64,000 nucleotides of DNA from an uncultured Flammeovirgaceae bacterium (GTDB lineage Bacteria; Bacteroidota; Bacteroidia; Cytophagales; Cyclobacteriaceae), in the NCBI GenBank assembly GCA_937883755.1, contig CAKZYA010000066.1, forward strand, positions 12,897-76,896. The letters run 5' to 3'. Of the stretch, positions 28,234 to 37,840 are shown piece after piece. Positions within the stretch are counted from its first letter, which is position 1; every line of letters starts with the position of its first letter. Under the pieces are notes generated by a model. That model searched no databases. It had not been told where the DNA came from and saw nothing but the letters and a program-made list of their open reading frames with translations. The position numbers and the translations under genes were made by a program.

Positions 28234-29700
28234 ATGAAAAAATACATATTGTTTCTATTAGCTCTAATCTTGTTTTCGGGATGTGACGATTTCCTGGAGG
28301 AGGAGCCCCGAACCTTTCAAACTCCGCAGGGCTTTTTTGCTAACGAGCAACAACTTAATGAAGCCATAACTGCTATTTACAATACTAATCGGCAATTAAT
28401 AAACGAAGATCATTGGCGATTTGGGGAAAACCGGTCGGATAATACCTCGTTTCAGTACAATCCTTCTGACCGAGGGGGTATGGCCAATGAGGAGATAGAT
28501 CTGTTTCTAATGAATTCCAGCAATGGCACTTTGGGCAATTATTGGAATAAGGCATATTCCGGTATCTCGCGGGCTAACTTCGTTTTGGAAAATCTGGACG
28601 GGGTTACTTTTGCCGATGAAGCTAATCGGGATATTCGGCGGGGCGAAATCCTATTTCTGCGCTCTTGGTTTTACTTCAATCTGGTGCAGCTCTGGGGCGA
28701 TGTTCCCTACGTGACCTCGGCGGGTAATTCTCCTGATGAAATTCTGTCTGATGAATTCCTAGAGCGAACTCCGGTAGCGCAAGTGTACGAAAACATACTA
28801 GCAGATGTACAAGAGGCTATTGATTTATTGCCCAACCCTGGTGAGATTGAGTCGGGGCGAGCCAACGCTGGAGCGGCTCTGATGCTAAAGGCTAAGATGC
28901 ACATGGTACTCCAGCAGTTTAACGAGGCTATTCCGTTGTTGGAGCAAATGCAAGGACTGGGCTACACTTTGCTGCCTGATTACCGCAGTATATTTGATCC
29001 GACCAATAAAAATCATAGCGAGTCAGTCTTCGAGATACAATATTCCGTGGCCTTAGGACAGGGATCTAATTTTATGTCGCGCTTTGTTCCATTTAACAGT
29101 GGCAACGACATACTAGGCGATAGTGGGCCGGCCAACCCCCGAGCGGGACAAAACCAGCCTACTCAAAGCCTAATTGACGTGTACGACACAACTGATGCTC
29201 GCTTTCAACATAATATTTCTTTTTACGATGATAGCACTTCAGTAGAGCCCTGGATGAGTAAGTTCAATTTTGGGTTCGTAGTGCAGGGTTTGCAGGATGT
29301 TAATTTCCCTATGTTTCGCTATGCTGATGCTTTACTGATGTTAGCGGAGTGTTATCAGGAAGTGGGCGGAGGTGATCCGGTGGCTATCCTGGAACAAATA
29401 CGCGCGAGAGCGTTGCCTGATCCGAGTTTGAGTCCCGAAGAGCAAGCTGATTTGGTCCAAACTATTGCTGATGAGCGCCGTCGGGAATTAGCCTTTGAAA
29501 ACCACCGATGGTTTGATCTACTTAGAACTGGGCGAGCGGTAGAGGTGATGACCGCTCACGGCGAGGCACAAAAGGCTCAGAAAGTGACTGTTCCAGCGCA
29601 AGCCTACACCAATATCCGAACGCTACTAGGAATACCACTTGGGCAAGTAGAAAACTTTGGATTTGAACAAACTCCCGGTTGGGAAGGGGCGAGCCAGTAA
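28234..29700 (+). CDS. SusD/RagB-family nutrient-binding lipoprotein
   Basis: 488 aa. Lipobox LILFSGC. N-terminal DDFLEEEPR and C-terminal ERRRELAFENHRWFDLLRTG are hallmark SusD motifs. It lies 9 nt after the SusC-like gene. Confidence 0.95.
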   Translation: MKKYILFLLALILFSGCDDFLEEEPRTFQTPQGFFANEQQLNEAITAIYNTNRQLINEDHWRFGENRSDNTSFQYNPSDRGGMANEEIDLFLMNSSNGTLGNYWNKAYSGISRANFVLENLDGVTFADEANRDIRRGEILFLRSWFYFNLVQLWGDVPYVTSAGNSPDEILSDEFLERTPVAQVYENILADVQEAIDLLPNPGEIESGRANAGAALMLKAKMHMVLQQFNEAIPLLEQMQGLGYTLLPDYRSIFDPTNKNHSESVFEIQYSVALGQGSNFMSRFVPFNSGNDILGDSGPANPRAGQNQPTQSLIDVYDTTDARFQHNISFYDDSTSVEPWMSKFNFGFVVQGLQDVNFPMFRYADALLMLAECYQEVGGGDPVAILEQIRARALPDPSLSPEEQADLVQTIADERRRELAFENHRWFDLLRTGRAVEVMTAHGEAQKAQKVTVPAQAYTNIRTLLGIPLGQVENFGFEQTPGWEGASQ

Positions 29701-29728
29701 GCTGGAGAGTAGTCATTTAAAATATCTC

Positions 29729-29755
29729 GCCGCAGGCATCTTTGCTTGCGGCTTT
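29729..29755 (+). terminator. Putative intrinsic terminator downstream of the SusD-like gene
   Basis: GCCGCAGGCA-TCTT-TGCTTGCGGC is a 10-bp stem containing one G-U pair. It is followed by TTTACTGTATATTTT. Confidence 0.55.
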
Positions 29756-29801
29756 ACTGTATATTTTCGATAATAATGTTTTGCTGATGTATGATTAGAC
29801 A

Positions 29802-32114
29802 ATGATGCATATTGCTAACGTAATTTCTGTTTTAGGACTAGTATTTTATTTATTCAGTAGTTGCACTTCTGAGACTACTGCCGTTACTACAGTAAAAGTA
29901 GTATCAGATAAATCCTGGAAAGCTCAGTGGATCACCCCACAAACTACGGTTGACTCTGCTAACGGTTGGATTTGTTTCCGAAAGGAAGTATCCATCGACC
30001 AACTGCCTGATTCATTAGTGACCGCTAAAATCGCAGTTGATTCCAAGTATTGGCTATGGATTAATGGTGAAATGGTAGTTCGGGAGGGGGGGCTCAAACG
30101 TGGGCCTACGCCGCAGGATACGTACTACGATGAAGTGGATATTTCCAAAAACCTCCGGGAGGGGCAGAATGTAGTGGCGGTTTTGGTACACTACTTTGGC
30201 AAGGATGGACTCTCTCACAAGAGTAGTGGTCAAGCTGGGCTACTGTTTGAAGCACAATCCAAAGGAGTAGAGATTTTAACGGATAGCAGTTGGAAAGCCT
30301 GGGTGCATCCGGCCTTTGGAAACACCGATCCACCTCATCCTAATTTCCGTTTACCAGAATCTAATATTCAGTTTGATGCCCGTCAGGGAGATTTCCTATT
30401 CGTTGCTGATGATTTTGATGATAGCGAATTATCCACGGCTCAAACGTTAGGAGTTCCTTCGGTAGCTCCCTGGAATCAGTTGGTGAAACGACCTATTCCA
30501 CTGTGGAAGGATTTCGGGTTGAAGGACTATCCGAATGCCCCTTCTTTCCCTTTTATTGCCAACGGTGATACTATGGTGATGCAGCTCCCCTACAATGCTC
30601 AAGTGACTCCTTACTTTGAAATTGAAGCCCCGGCAGGTGAAAAGATTGGCATTCGTACCGATCACTACTTTGGAGGTGGGCCGCCGAATGTTCGAGTGGT
30701 TTATATCACTAAAGCAGGACGACAATCTTACGAGAATCTAGGCTGGATCAACGGTCATCAGGTGCATTATCATTTTCCTAAAGGGATTAAAGTACTAAGT
30801 CTAAAGTATCGAGAAAGTGGCTATGATACAGAGTTTGCCGGTAGCTTCTCCTGCGATGATCCGTTCTATAATCAATTGTGGGAGAAGGCACGCCGTACAT
30901 TGTACATCACGATGCGCGATACCTACATGGACTGCCCTGACCGGGAGCGAGCGCAGTGGTGGGGTGACGCGGTTCTGGAAAGCGGTGAGACCTTCTATGC
31001 CCTGGATCGCAAGGCTGATTTACTAACTCGCAAAGGCATACTGGAGCTAATGAACTGGCAACGCCCCGACGGTACCATTTTTTCCCCCGTACCCGCCGGA
31101 AACTGGGATAAAGAGCTTCCGGGACAAATGCTCGCCAGCGTAGGCTACTACGGCTTCTGGAACTACTACTGGCATAGTGGCGATCTGGAAACTATCCGGG
31201 ACATCTACGAGCCAGTCAAAAAATATTTGTCGGTTTGGCAGCTTAAGGATAATGGAACAGTGCAAGTACGAGAGGGTGGCTGGACCTGGGGTGATTGGGG
31301 TGAAAACCAGGACGTTCCTTTACTCATCAATACCCAGTACTACCTTGCACTGAAGGGACTTCAGAAAATGGCTGAGGTTTTGGGTCACCATGATGAGGCA
31401 GATAGTGTAGTCCAGCAAATGACAGCGTTCAAATCAGCTTTTAACCAGGCTTTTTGGCAGGATAGTTATTACCGATCTCCTGACCATCAAGGAGAAACGG
31501 ATGATCGTTCCCAGGGGTTAGCAGTGGTCGCTGGTTTGGCCGATGAAGATAAATATAAAGCCATTTGCCAAGTACTTCAACGGGAGTGGCACGCGAGTCC
31601 GTATATGGAAAAGTACGTGCTGGAGGCTCTGTTCCAAATGGGCTACGAAGAGTACGCTCTGGAACGGATGAAAGAGCGATTCGCTAAAATGGTCGAGCAT
31701 CCTACGATCACTACCCTTTGGGAAGGCTGGGGCATTGGCTCAGAAGGCTACGGAGGCGGCACCACCAACCACGCTTGGAGCGGCGGAGGACTCACCTTGC
31801 TTTCCCAGTACGTTGCTGGAGTATCACCCACCACTCCCGGCTACAAAACTTTTCAGGTGAAGCCACAACTCGGGTACATTAAACAAGTGAAAGCCGAAGT
31901 CCCCAGCATTCGCGGAAAAATCACCGTAGAAATTGAAGTGGCGAAAGAATATCGCTTATCTCTAGAAGTACCCGAGCAAACGGTAGCGAAGGTATATATA
32001 CCAGATCATTATACTAGCACCCACATTAACGGACAAGAGTTAGATTTTGAGCTAGAAGAAGGGTATCGGGTTTACGAAGTGTCTGTTGGGAGCTACGTAT
32101 TCCTATCTCGGTAG
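29802..32114 (+). CDS. Glycoside hydrolase, alpha-L-rhamnosidase-like (GH78-type six-hairpin domain) lipoprotein
   Basis: 770 aa. Lipobox YLFSSC. The motif YMDCPDRERAQWWGDA matches the conserved DCPxRER.GW.GD of GH78-type catalytic domains. Substrate unknown. Confidence 0.7.
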   Translation: MMHIANVISVLGLVFYLFSSCTSETTAVTTVKVVSDKSWKAQWITPQTTVDSANGWICFRKEVSIDQLPDSLVTAKIAVDSKYWLWINGEMVVREGGLKRGPTPQDTYYDEVDISKNLREGQNVVAVLVHYFGKDGLSHKSSGQAGLLFEAQSKGVEILTDSSWKAWVHPAFGNTDPPHPNFRLPESNIQFDARQGDFLFVADDFDDSELSTAQTLGVPSVAPWNQLVKRPIPLWKDFGLKDYPNAPSFPFIANGDTMVMQLPYNAQVTPYFEIEAPAGEKIGIRTDHYFGGGPPNVRVVYITKAGRQSYENLGWINGHQVHYHFPKGIKVLSLKYRESGYDTEFAGSFSCDDPFYNQLWEKARRTLYITMRDTYMDCPDRERAQWWGDAVLESGETFYALDRKADLLTRKGILELMNWQRPDGTIFSPVPAGNWDKELPGQMLASVGYYGFWNYYWHSGDLETIRDIYEPVKKYLSVWQLKDNGTVQVREGGWTWGDWGENQDVPLLINTQYYLALKGLQKMAEVLGHHDEADSVVQQMTAFKSAFNQAFWQDSYYRSPDHQGETDDRSQGLAVVAGLADEDKYKAICQVLQREWHASPYMEKYVLEALFQMGYEEYALERMKERFAKMVEHPTITTLWEGWGIGSEGYGGGTTNHAWSGGGLTLLSQYVAGVSPTTPGYKTFQVKPQLGYIKQVKAEVPSIRGKITVEIEVAKEYRLSLEVPEQTVAKVYIPDHYTSTHINGQELDFELEEGYRVYEVSVGSYVFLSR

Positions 32115-32196
32115 AGCTTGAGGCTTTTGGCAATGGATTTATGCACGTATAGCGTTAATCGCCCTGCTCATCGGGACTTGTACACATTGCAAGAAT

Positions 32197-33498
32197 TCAT
32201 AATGTATTCAAGCTGCTGTCAATTCTTTCTTTCAAATCACTTCTTACTTTAGCTTGTTCTGCATATTTATTCCACGATTTCACTACGGAGTTAATGCCTT
32301 CAATAATTTTCTCGCCTTTTTTGATACTGTTATCCTTAGCTATGGTCATCAAATCCTCCTTCGTTATTCCAAGCCTTCTACCGTTGACACTCAAGGTTTG
32401 CTTACTCACCCAGTGGTTGGTTGGATCGAACGAAAAGCATAAGTCATAGGCTGGGGCTAGTCGCCATCGCTCATCTTTTTTCAAGATGAAAGAAAAATTC
32501 TTGGTATGATCATCGTAGTTGGTAGCCAGCACATTAAATACCATTCTCCGAAACATTTGCTCAGCTTCGGGGTAAGTCAATCGTAACAACCGCATAGTCT
32601 GAAACACTTGTTCATAACTGTATCCATACATGTCATTAAAATCATAGTGTTGCAAACCACATAGCGATTGGATATGATGCTTGATATTATCTTCTCTATC
32701 AAAACGTTTGGTCATAAAATGCGCTCTTCCGTTTTCTTCTAGCAATTGACACTGACTCATTTCAATTTCACAATCTATTGCCATCAGGTAATAAGCATAT
32801 TCTACTCGCCCCCAGCCAGAACTCTCACCAAATTGTGCTCCGCTTACGCCGTCTAATTTGAGCAACCAATGCTCGAAACTTTTAGGTACATTTCCTTGAC
32901 CAGATCTTACTTCCTTAGTTTTTGGGTTATAGGCAATAACAGCCTTAGGACGTGCGCCACCAGCCGAGGTTCCTATTTTTAGTATTTCCATCATTGCCTT
33001 CTCCTCATTCTTATTCAAGTCAGTTAAAAAAGCTTCTCGTTCGTTGAGTATTTTTTTTGCAACCTCAACCAAACTATCTAATTCTAGTGAAAAGCTATTT
33101 TTTCCTGTTTTGACCTGGGCAGGTTCAAATTCTAAGGCACCCATTCCTCTCGTGCCGATAAAGCATAGCTTCTCCACTGGATTCATACTGCTTTCTGATC
33201 TGCCTTGTTGAGCTAACCAGGCGTTAATTAGTCTATTTCCATACTTGTCCGGTAAAGCATCCGACAATAATCCTGGCAATCCTTTGAAAGCATCTTCAGT
33301 TTCATTACGTCCTCTTCGTAATTCAGGAAAACTATAAATTTGTGAACCTTGAGCATTTGGCATTTTGATGGGTGATAAATCCCAACCCTTTTGAATGAAC
33401 TTTGGGTGGTATTGAAAATATCCCAATTGCTGTAACCCATCCCAGCGAATAGCTCCTACCAATTCGCCCCAAACATTAACCTCGGCTACATCTACCAT
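32197..33498 (-). CDS. hipA: HipA-family serine/threonine kinase toxin (type II toxin-antitoxin)
   Basis: 433 aa. HipA N-terminal coupling domain (GELVGAIRWD...LPGLLSDALPDKYG) and kinase core (GGARPKAV, catalytic NYDDHTKNFSF, APAYDLCFS). The start overlaps the hipB stop (GGATGGTAG). Confidence 0.9.
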   Translation of the reverse strand: MVDVAEVNVWGELVGAIRWDGLQQLGYFQYHPKFIQKGWDLSPIKMPNAQGSQIYSFPELRRGRNETEDAFKGLPGLLSDALPDKYGNRLINAWLAQQGRSESSMNPVEKLCFIGTRGMGALEFEPAQVKTGKNSFSLELDSLVEVAKKILNEREAFLTDLNKNEEKAMMEILKIGTSAGGARPKAVIAYNPKTKEVRSGQGNVPKSFEHWLLKLDGVSGAQFGESSGWGRVEYAYYLMAIDCEIEMSQCQLLEENGRAHFMTKRFDREDNIKHHIQSLCGLQHYDFNDMYGYSYEQVFQTMRLLRLTYPEAEQMFRRMVFNVLATNYDDHTKNFSFILKKDERWRLAPAYDLCFSFDPTNHWVSKQTLSVNGRRLGITKEDLMTIAKDNSIKKGEKIIEGINSVVKSWNKYAEQAKVRSDLKERIDSSLNTL

Positions 33499-33845
33499 CC
33501 TAAATCTTCTTTACCAGTGTTACGGTTTTTCTTAGGTGAAGCCTGTTTTCTCTGCTTTTTCTTAAGCTTGGCATACTCAAGTGGACTGATTTGGTCTTGA
33601 ATTTTAAATACGTCCATGATGTATAGCAAATCAAGTACTCTCAGTACTTGGATAAGACTATCTATCCTTACTTTCTCTCCCCTTTCTAATAAGCTTAATG
33701 TAGAACGACTTATTCCGGCGGCGGCGGCCACTTGGTCTTGCGATTTATTTTGGTTTAAGCGATGTGATTGAATAAAACCTCCAATGGTTTCCATTAAAGA
33801 TTTATCTGACATAGCTTCCCACTTTGTGTATGATTTATCATTCAT
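33492..33845 (-). CDS. hipB: HipB-like XRE-family HTH antitoxin
   Basis: 117 aa. HTH_3-type core (HRLNQNKSQDQVAAAAGISRSTLSLLERGEK) and a basic, unstructured-looking tail ending in ...EDLGW. It is translationally coupled to hipA. Confidence 0.85.
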   Translation of the reverse strand: MNDKSYTKWEAMSDKSLMETIGGFIQSHRLNQNKSQDQVAAAAGISRSTLSLLERGEKVRIDSLIQVLRVLDLLYIMDVFKIQDQISPLEYAKLKKKQRKQASPKKNRNTGKEDLGW

Positions 33846-33934
33846 ATTAGTTTATTCTATACATATTTGAATATTATACAAATATAGAACGATATGTCGA
33901 ATGACAAATCATGCATTTTAATCAAAAAAACAGT

Positions 33935-33960
33935 TATATGAATGATTTATCATTCATATA
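33935..33960. promoter_or_regulatory. Perfect 12+2+12 palindrome upstream of hipB (candidate HipB operator); a second imperfect copy overlaps the hipB start codon (33830..33847)
   Basis: TATATGAATGAT-TT-ATCATTCATATA at 33935..33960. The 18-mer ATGATTTATCATTCATAT occurs at both 33942..33959 and 33830..33847. A Bacteroidota-type -7 box TATATTTG (minus strand, plus coordinates 33879..33886) lies between the two copies. Confidence 0.6.
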
Positions 33961-34000
33961 ACTCAGGATATTATTTCTACAACAGCAAGATGTGCTTCAG

Positions 34001-35251
34001 TCAGTATTCCTCTAACTGTTTCTCTGGCTTCATGAAAAGCCACAAGAAAATAGCTACTACGTTCAACCCTGCACCTACAAAGAAGAAGGGAACTTCGGAG
34101 CCTGTCCACGATTGCATGTAGGGAAACGCCAGGGCAGTGATAAACGCGCCAATATTTCCAGCCATGTTCATAGTGCCCGATACGGCTCCAGCGTGTTGCC
34201 GCCCAATATCTACCGCAAACGACCAAGACGGGCTGAGTGTCATATCAGCACCAAAGATGGCAATGCTCAGAAAGATAATTGCAGTGAGCGGGGTTTGCAT
34301 GTATACACTCACAACTAGCCCAATAGCAGCTAAACCAAAGCCAACTGCGGCGGGAAGACGGCGAGAGAGCGTCCAGTTTCCCTGTCGGTAGATACGGTCA
34401 ATCCACCAACCCCCAAACCAGTTACCTAGTGCTCCGAGTACTAAAGGGGCTGAAGCGTAAAACCCTGCTTCCAGCGTTTCTAGGGCGTATTTTTCTTTCA
34501 GGTGGGGGAATAGCCAGGTAAGGCAGAAGAAAAAGGTAAAATTACTACAAAAGTACTGCCCCATCGCCAACCACATATTTTTAGAGCCTATCAGGCTGCC
34601 CGCCCTAAGCGGTTCTTTGGCTACGGCTGGGTCAACTTGCTGACGATTAGCGCGGATAAAATCTTGCTCAGTTACCGATAATCCAGCGTGTTCGGTAGGG
34701 TCATCGCGAAAGACCAGATACCACACGACAGCCCAGACCACTCCGACGGCGCCCAGCACTACAAAACACATACACCAGCCCAGGGTGAGAAACCGCCAGG
34801 CGCCAACCGGCAATGCAACCGCCGCGCCCAGCCGGGAACCAGAGAAATTAATACCCGTGACCAGGCCACGCTCTTGCAGGGGAATCCAGGAAAACACGGC
34901 ACGCGATATGCCTGGAAAAGCTCCCGCTTCACCTGCTCCAAACAGTAAGCGAACTACCAGCATTGATGTAAAATTCCAGGCAGCTCCGGTCAGAGCTGTG
35001 AACAGCGACCAAAAAGTAACCACCGTAGTAAGTACCCGCCGTGACCCCAGGCGATCTGCTAGGATGCCCGCCGGAGTCTGAAAAAGAGCATAACCCAATG
35101 CAAATACTGATAGCACCCAGCCCATTTGCTCATCACTCAGGTTGAGGTCTTGCACAATTGGTTCCTTGGCTACCGAAATGCAAATTCGGTCGATGTACAG
35201 TAGCAGGGCTAGTAAAAAGGTGCCCACCACCATCCAGTAACGTCCGGCCAT
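34001..35251 (-). CDS. MFS transporter, ACS (anion:cation symporter) family, acid-sugar transporter-like
   Basis: 416 aa with about 12 TM segments. N-terminal YIDRICISVAKEPIVQDLNLSDEQMGWVLSVFALGYALFQTPAGILADRLGSRRVL is typical of hexuronate, glucarate and galactonate-type transporters. Confidence 0.9.
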   Translation of the reverse strand: MAGRYWMVVGTFLLALLLYIDRICISVAKEPIVQDLNLSDEQMGWVLSVFALGYALFQTPAGILADRLGSRRVLTTVVTFWSLFTALTGAAWNFTSMLVVRLLFGAGEAGAFPGISRAVFSWIPLQERGLVTGINFSGSRLGAAVALPVGAWRFLTLGWCMCFVVLGAVGVVWAVVWYLVFRDDPTEHAGLSVTEQDFIRANRQQVDPAVAKEPLRAGSLIGSKNMWLAMGQYFCSNFTFFFCLTWLFPHLKEKYALETLEAGFYASAPLVLGALGNWFGGWWIDRIYRQGNWTLSRRLPAAVGFGLAAIGLVVSVYMQTPLTAIIFLSIAIFGADMTLSPSWSFAVDIGRQHAGAVSGTMNMAGNIGAFITALAFPYMQSWTGSEVPFFFVGAGLNVVAIFLWLFMKPEKQLEEY

Positions 35252-35254
35252 TAG

Positions 35255-36652
35255 TTAGTTCTTTAGTTGGTTAATCACTTTGGTAATAGAATCAGCTTGG
35301 CCTACATTCCCCGGAAAAACGATATACGTGAGCCCGGGAAACTTACTCTCTTCTCCTAGCTTCCAAACCGGAACTCCCGAAAGAACCTGCCCGAGTACAT
35401 TGGCTTTTTTTACTCCCAGCCCCTGCGTAGCCGTATCACTGGAGGTAATTCCACCCTTAGCCAAGAGGTAGCGGGGCTTGATGCTAATCTGTTGAATAAC
35501 ATTGGTTAGAAAAGACGAAACCTGCTGCCCGATTTTCAAGCTTTCTTCTTTATCCTGCCCCGAAACTAAATCGCGGCTAGTATAAATTACTGTATCCTGA
35601 TTATCGGTGAGAAGCTGACCTATCTTCTGTGCTGTCTGCTGGGCAAAATCTTCTATATCGCTATATTCCAAAATTTCGTTTACATCTAGCTTGATGGATT
35701 GCACCGAAGCGTGTTGCAGTAAATGCTCTAATTGAGCGGTGGATTTAGGAACGTAAGAACCCACGACAATCAATCCGCCGTTGGCTGAATCAAATAAAAG
35801 CTGATCGCGAGTGAGTAGTGGCTGAGGTGCTAACCCGGCCAATATCGGCACGACAGAAGCGGCTGTGCGGCAAATTACCGGAACTTTGGTATTTAATAGT
35901 CCTAAAGCGAATATTTCCAGATCGGAGCGGTGAACGGCGTTAACGATATAGGTAGCATTGGGTGAGCAGGCACTGAGCGTTTCGGTTACGTAGGTAGCAC
36001 CTTTTTGGCGAAGATCAGATAAACTGAGCGAGACTACATCCTTAGATTTTACCTTTCCATCGGTTTTTTCTTCTACCCAACCCTTTAAGTTAGAAGCGGA
36101 GAATCCGAAAGATTTATCCTGAGCGAAAGGCGTTTCGCCTACGGGTATCAATTGATTTCCTTCTTGCACATAGTGCGTATCATTGATCGTGTAACGTCCT
36201 CCCTCTAGAAAAGCCGGAACGAGAATCCTAACAGCCGCTTCCTGCTGCATCCCAGCCAAAAGAGCGTTTACCTCGTTAGGGTAGTGGCCTCGTAAAGTAG
36301 AGTCACTACGGCTGATGACGAAGAAGTTCTGTCCGGTTTGTTGGGAAGCTTCGATCAAATTTTGTCCGATGGTTACTGCTAACTGATTCGCCTTTTGGAC
36401 AGGGAGGCTACGCGAATTGGTAAGAATAAAGAATAGCGGAGTAGCTCGCTGAAACTCGGCTTTAATTACTTCAGTTGTCCACTCAGTGAGTACCGGAACA
36501 TCGTACACTGTCTGCGTACCAGTCGGGTCATCATCTAATACCACAATGGTTTGCTGTGATGAGGAAATTTTCTCGCGGATTTGCGATAACAAGCTCTCTT
36601 CAGGCGGAGGGGGAATGTCTTGTAGCAGTTGTTGTAGGGTGGTAGTGGGCAT
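35255..36652 (-). CDS. Four-carbon acid-sugar kinase family protein (DUF1537)
   Basis: 465 aa. N-terminal VVLDDDPTGTQTV (the DD.TG motif of DUF1537) and C-terminal nucleotide-binding part (LLAKGGITSSD...VFPGNVG). It lies 3 nt upstream of the MFS gene. Confidence 0.7.
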   Translation of the reverse strand: MPTTTLQQLLQDIPPPPEESLLSQIREKISSSQQTIVVLDDDPTGTQTVYDVPVLTEWTTEVIKAEFQRATPLFFILTNSRSLPVQKANQLAVTIGQNLIEASQQTGQNFFVISRSDSTLRGHYPNEVNALLAGMQQEAAVRILVPAFLEGGRYTINDTHYVQEGNQLIPVGETPFAQDKSFGFSASNLKGWVEEKTDGKVKSKDVVSLSLSDLRQKGATYVTETLSACSPNATYIVNAVHRSDLEIFALGLLNTKVPVICRTAASVVPILAGLAPQPLLTRDQLLFDSANGGLIVVGSYVPKSTAQLEHLLQHASVQSIKLDVNEILEYSDIEDFAQQTAQKIGQLLTDNQDTVIYTSRDLVSGQDKEESLKIGQQVSSFLTNVIQQISIKPRYLLAKGGITSSDTATQGLGVKKANVLGQVLSGVPVWKLGEESKFPGLTYIVFPGNVGQADSITKVINQLKN

Positions 36653-36654
36653 AC

Positions 36655-37818
36655 TTACAGAAAGGCTTGCTCTAATCGCTTGATAAATTCATTATGTAAA
36701 ACGTGTTTCCCTTCGGGCGGATTACCGTCAACGCCCATGCGGACGTATACCATATTCCACTCGGGAATGACAAAGCAAACATTGTGATTAAGTCCGCTCA
36801 TGTAGGCGGTGCCTTCGGGAGAATCTGGCATGAATTGCCCTTCATCAGTCATTCCGTTAGTCCACCAGTTATAACCGTAGGAACCGCTACCATTTGCACT
36901 CTTTCGGTCAGTATCAGCGACCGGAATACTAGCGGGCACTTGCGTTTGAATAGCCGCCGTAGCCCACTCTTCCGGTACAACTTGTTGCCCGTTCCAATTA
37001 CCTTTATTCAGAAACAGATGACCTACGCGAGCCAATTGACGAGCCGATACATGTACGTTAGTGCAACCGTTGCGAATTGGAATACTATCCAGTTCTCCCT
37101 CCTGTCCCCAAGACCATTCTCCCATCCCAATGGGTTCGGTTAGGTTTTGGGTCAAGTACTCGTGTAAATCTTGCTGAAGAATTCGGGTCAGCGTTCTCCC
37201 TTTCATCATCATAGCTTCATCCCAGTAGGCATAAGCCGTACCAGGAGAAAAGATTGGCTCACCCGGTTGGTAAGGAGTCCACGACCAGTCAGCGCTGCTG
37301 TCACTTTCCCAACGGGTATCACCTACCGCATTGTAGCCGGAAGTCATGGTGGTGAAGTGCCGTAACGTAACCTCCGGGTAGAGTTCAGACAGCAGCGGTT
37401 CGTAAATAGCAGCTTTATCATTGAGCTGGCATAGCCCGTCTTCAATCATTAGGCCGAGGGCGGTACTGGTAAACGATTTGGAGCACGACCAGATGTTATG
37501 CACTTTATCAACACTATCGCCCTGATAGATTACGTAGCCATTGCGGATAATCATTAGCTCCTCTACTTTATCTTCAAAGCAGTGATCAGCCAGATACTGT
37601 ACCGCTTCTTCCAGCTTTTCTGCATCTATTCCCTGACTTTCGGGAGTAGCAGTTTGCCAATCTTCATCAGGAAAGATCATTTCTAATATAGCCTGATTGG
37701 TTTCGGTAGTTTTTTCTTGGGATTGGGGTGAGGAGCAACTGCTTGTGATAACAGAAATTGCGATAAAGTAACTTAAGTATTTGAACCGGACGTATCTTAC
37801 GTATGCAAAATATATCAA
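36655..37818 (-). CDS. Serine hydrolase of the beta-lactamase (class C/esterase) family, probable lipoprotein
   Basis: SxxK motif (WSCSKSFTS). The track ORF runs to 38013, but residues 31-60 (PLPPFKKGGLYISPLVKGDRGIY) are the translation of the repeat at 37841..37917. An in-frame TTG at 37818 gives a lipoprotein-type leader ending ISVITSSC. The start is uncertain; 37923 and 38013 are alternatives. Confidence 0.7.
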   Translation of the reverse strand: MIYFAYVRYVRFKYLSYFIAISVITSSCSSPQSQEKTTETNQAILEMIFPDEDWQTATPESQGIDAEKLEEAVQYLADHCFEDKVEELMIIRNGYVIYQGDSVDKVHNIWSCSKSFTSTALGLMIEDGLCQLNDKAAIYEPLLSELYPEVTLRHFTTMTSGYNAVGDTRWESDSSADWSWTPYQPGEPIFSPGTAYAYWDEAMMMKGRTLTRILQQDLHEYLTQNLTEPIGMGEWSWGQEGELDSIPIRNGCTNVHVSARQLARVGHLFLNKGNWNGQQVVPEEWATAAIQTQVPASIPVADTDRKSANGSGSYGYNWWTNGMTDEGQFMPDSPEGTAYMSGLNHNVCFVIPEWNMVYVRMGVDGNPPEGKHVLHNEFIKRLEQAFL

Positions 37819-37840
37819 GGGTAGTTGCAGTATTGCTGAG

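Noticed and set aside
34785-35081. Numerous antisense or overlapping ORFs inside large genes, for example 34112..34318, 34137..34391, 34688..34948, 6859..7347, 27267..27701, 55344..55826, 59114..59623, 60881..61222, 14019..14360 and 36703..37143.
   Set aside because: Each lies fully within a strongly supported CDS on the other strand or frame. Their sequences are low-complexity or compositionally biased (Ser, Arg and Pro rich) with no recognisable motifs.
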